From the NCBI RefSeq assembly GCF_001194135.2, contig NC_068986.1, positions 10,892,294-10,956,293 of the forward strand: a DNA stretch of 64,000 nucleotides, in the 5' to 3' direction. The DNA comes from Octopus bimaculoides (taxonomy: Eukaryota). The position numbers were made by a program, and so were the translations under genes. The notes beneath the pieces were generated by a model, which was given only the letters and a program-made list of their open reading frames with translations, did no database searches and had not been told where the DNA came from. Shown piece after piece: positions 63,664 through 64,000 of the stretch (its first letter is position 1; every line of letters starts with the position of its first letter).

Positions 63664-64000
63664 TATTATTATTATCATTATTATAATTTTGGAGATGATA
63701 GCATCATTCTTATGTTATTTGTCATCAAGATATATGTGTGTGTGTGTATGAATATAGGTATATGCATGTGTGTGTGTGTGTGTGTGTGTGTATTCAATCA
63801 TGCATTCATATGTGTGTGTGTGTGTGTGTATGTGTATATATATATATATATATATGTATACACACAAACACACTAATACACACATACACACACACTGCAA
63901 CCTAATTGCCGTCATCAACATCTTTATGTAATCATAATAGTCACTCCCATCATCATCATCATCATCATAATCATCATCACTAACATCGTCTATGTATATA

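Overview
This is eukaryotic, repeat-saturated genomic DNA from a gappy short-read scaffold (about 7% N). The SINE families, RTE tails and microsatellite density look like octopus/cephalopod DNA; that assignment is inferred from remembered repeat families, not from a search. There is no CRISPR array, rRNA, intact tRNA gene or operon, and nearly all long ORFs in the track are microsatellite or N-gap artefacts. Most of the window is decayed transposable elements: at least four tRNA-derived SINE families; CR1/L2-like, RTE, R4/Dong-like and CRE-like LINE fragments; mariner (DD34D), maT (DD37D) and hATm-like DNA transposons; piggyBac- and hAT-type MITEs; a probable non-autonomous Helitron; and Penelope-like termini. 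Host-gene signal is sparse. A minus-strand gene appears to start with a 6-nt coding exon (ATG GCG|GTAAGT, 32430-32425) that is phase-compatible with a 94-nt exon at 26056-25963, and a compact plus-strand exon cluster lies at 40.3-41.2 kb. I cannot name either gene. The most interesting observations are degenerate minimal hammerhead ribozymes in Penelope-like termini, TAA-microsatellite-embedded RLE LINEs, a PHD finger inside an RTE reverse transcriptase, a tandem hairpin array in the RTE 3' UTR, a SINE triple array with a shared spacer, and a fused E-box/CRE element that may be an internal promoter. I found no evidence for a wholly new biological system.
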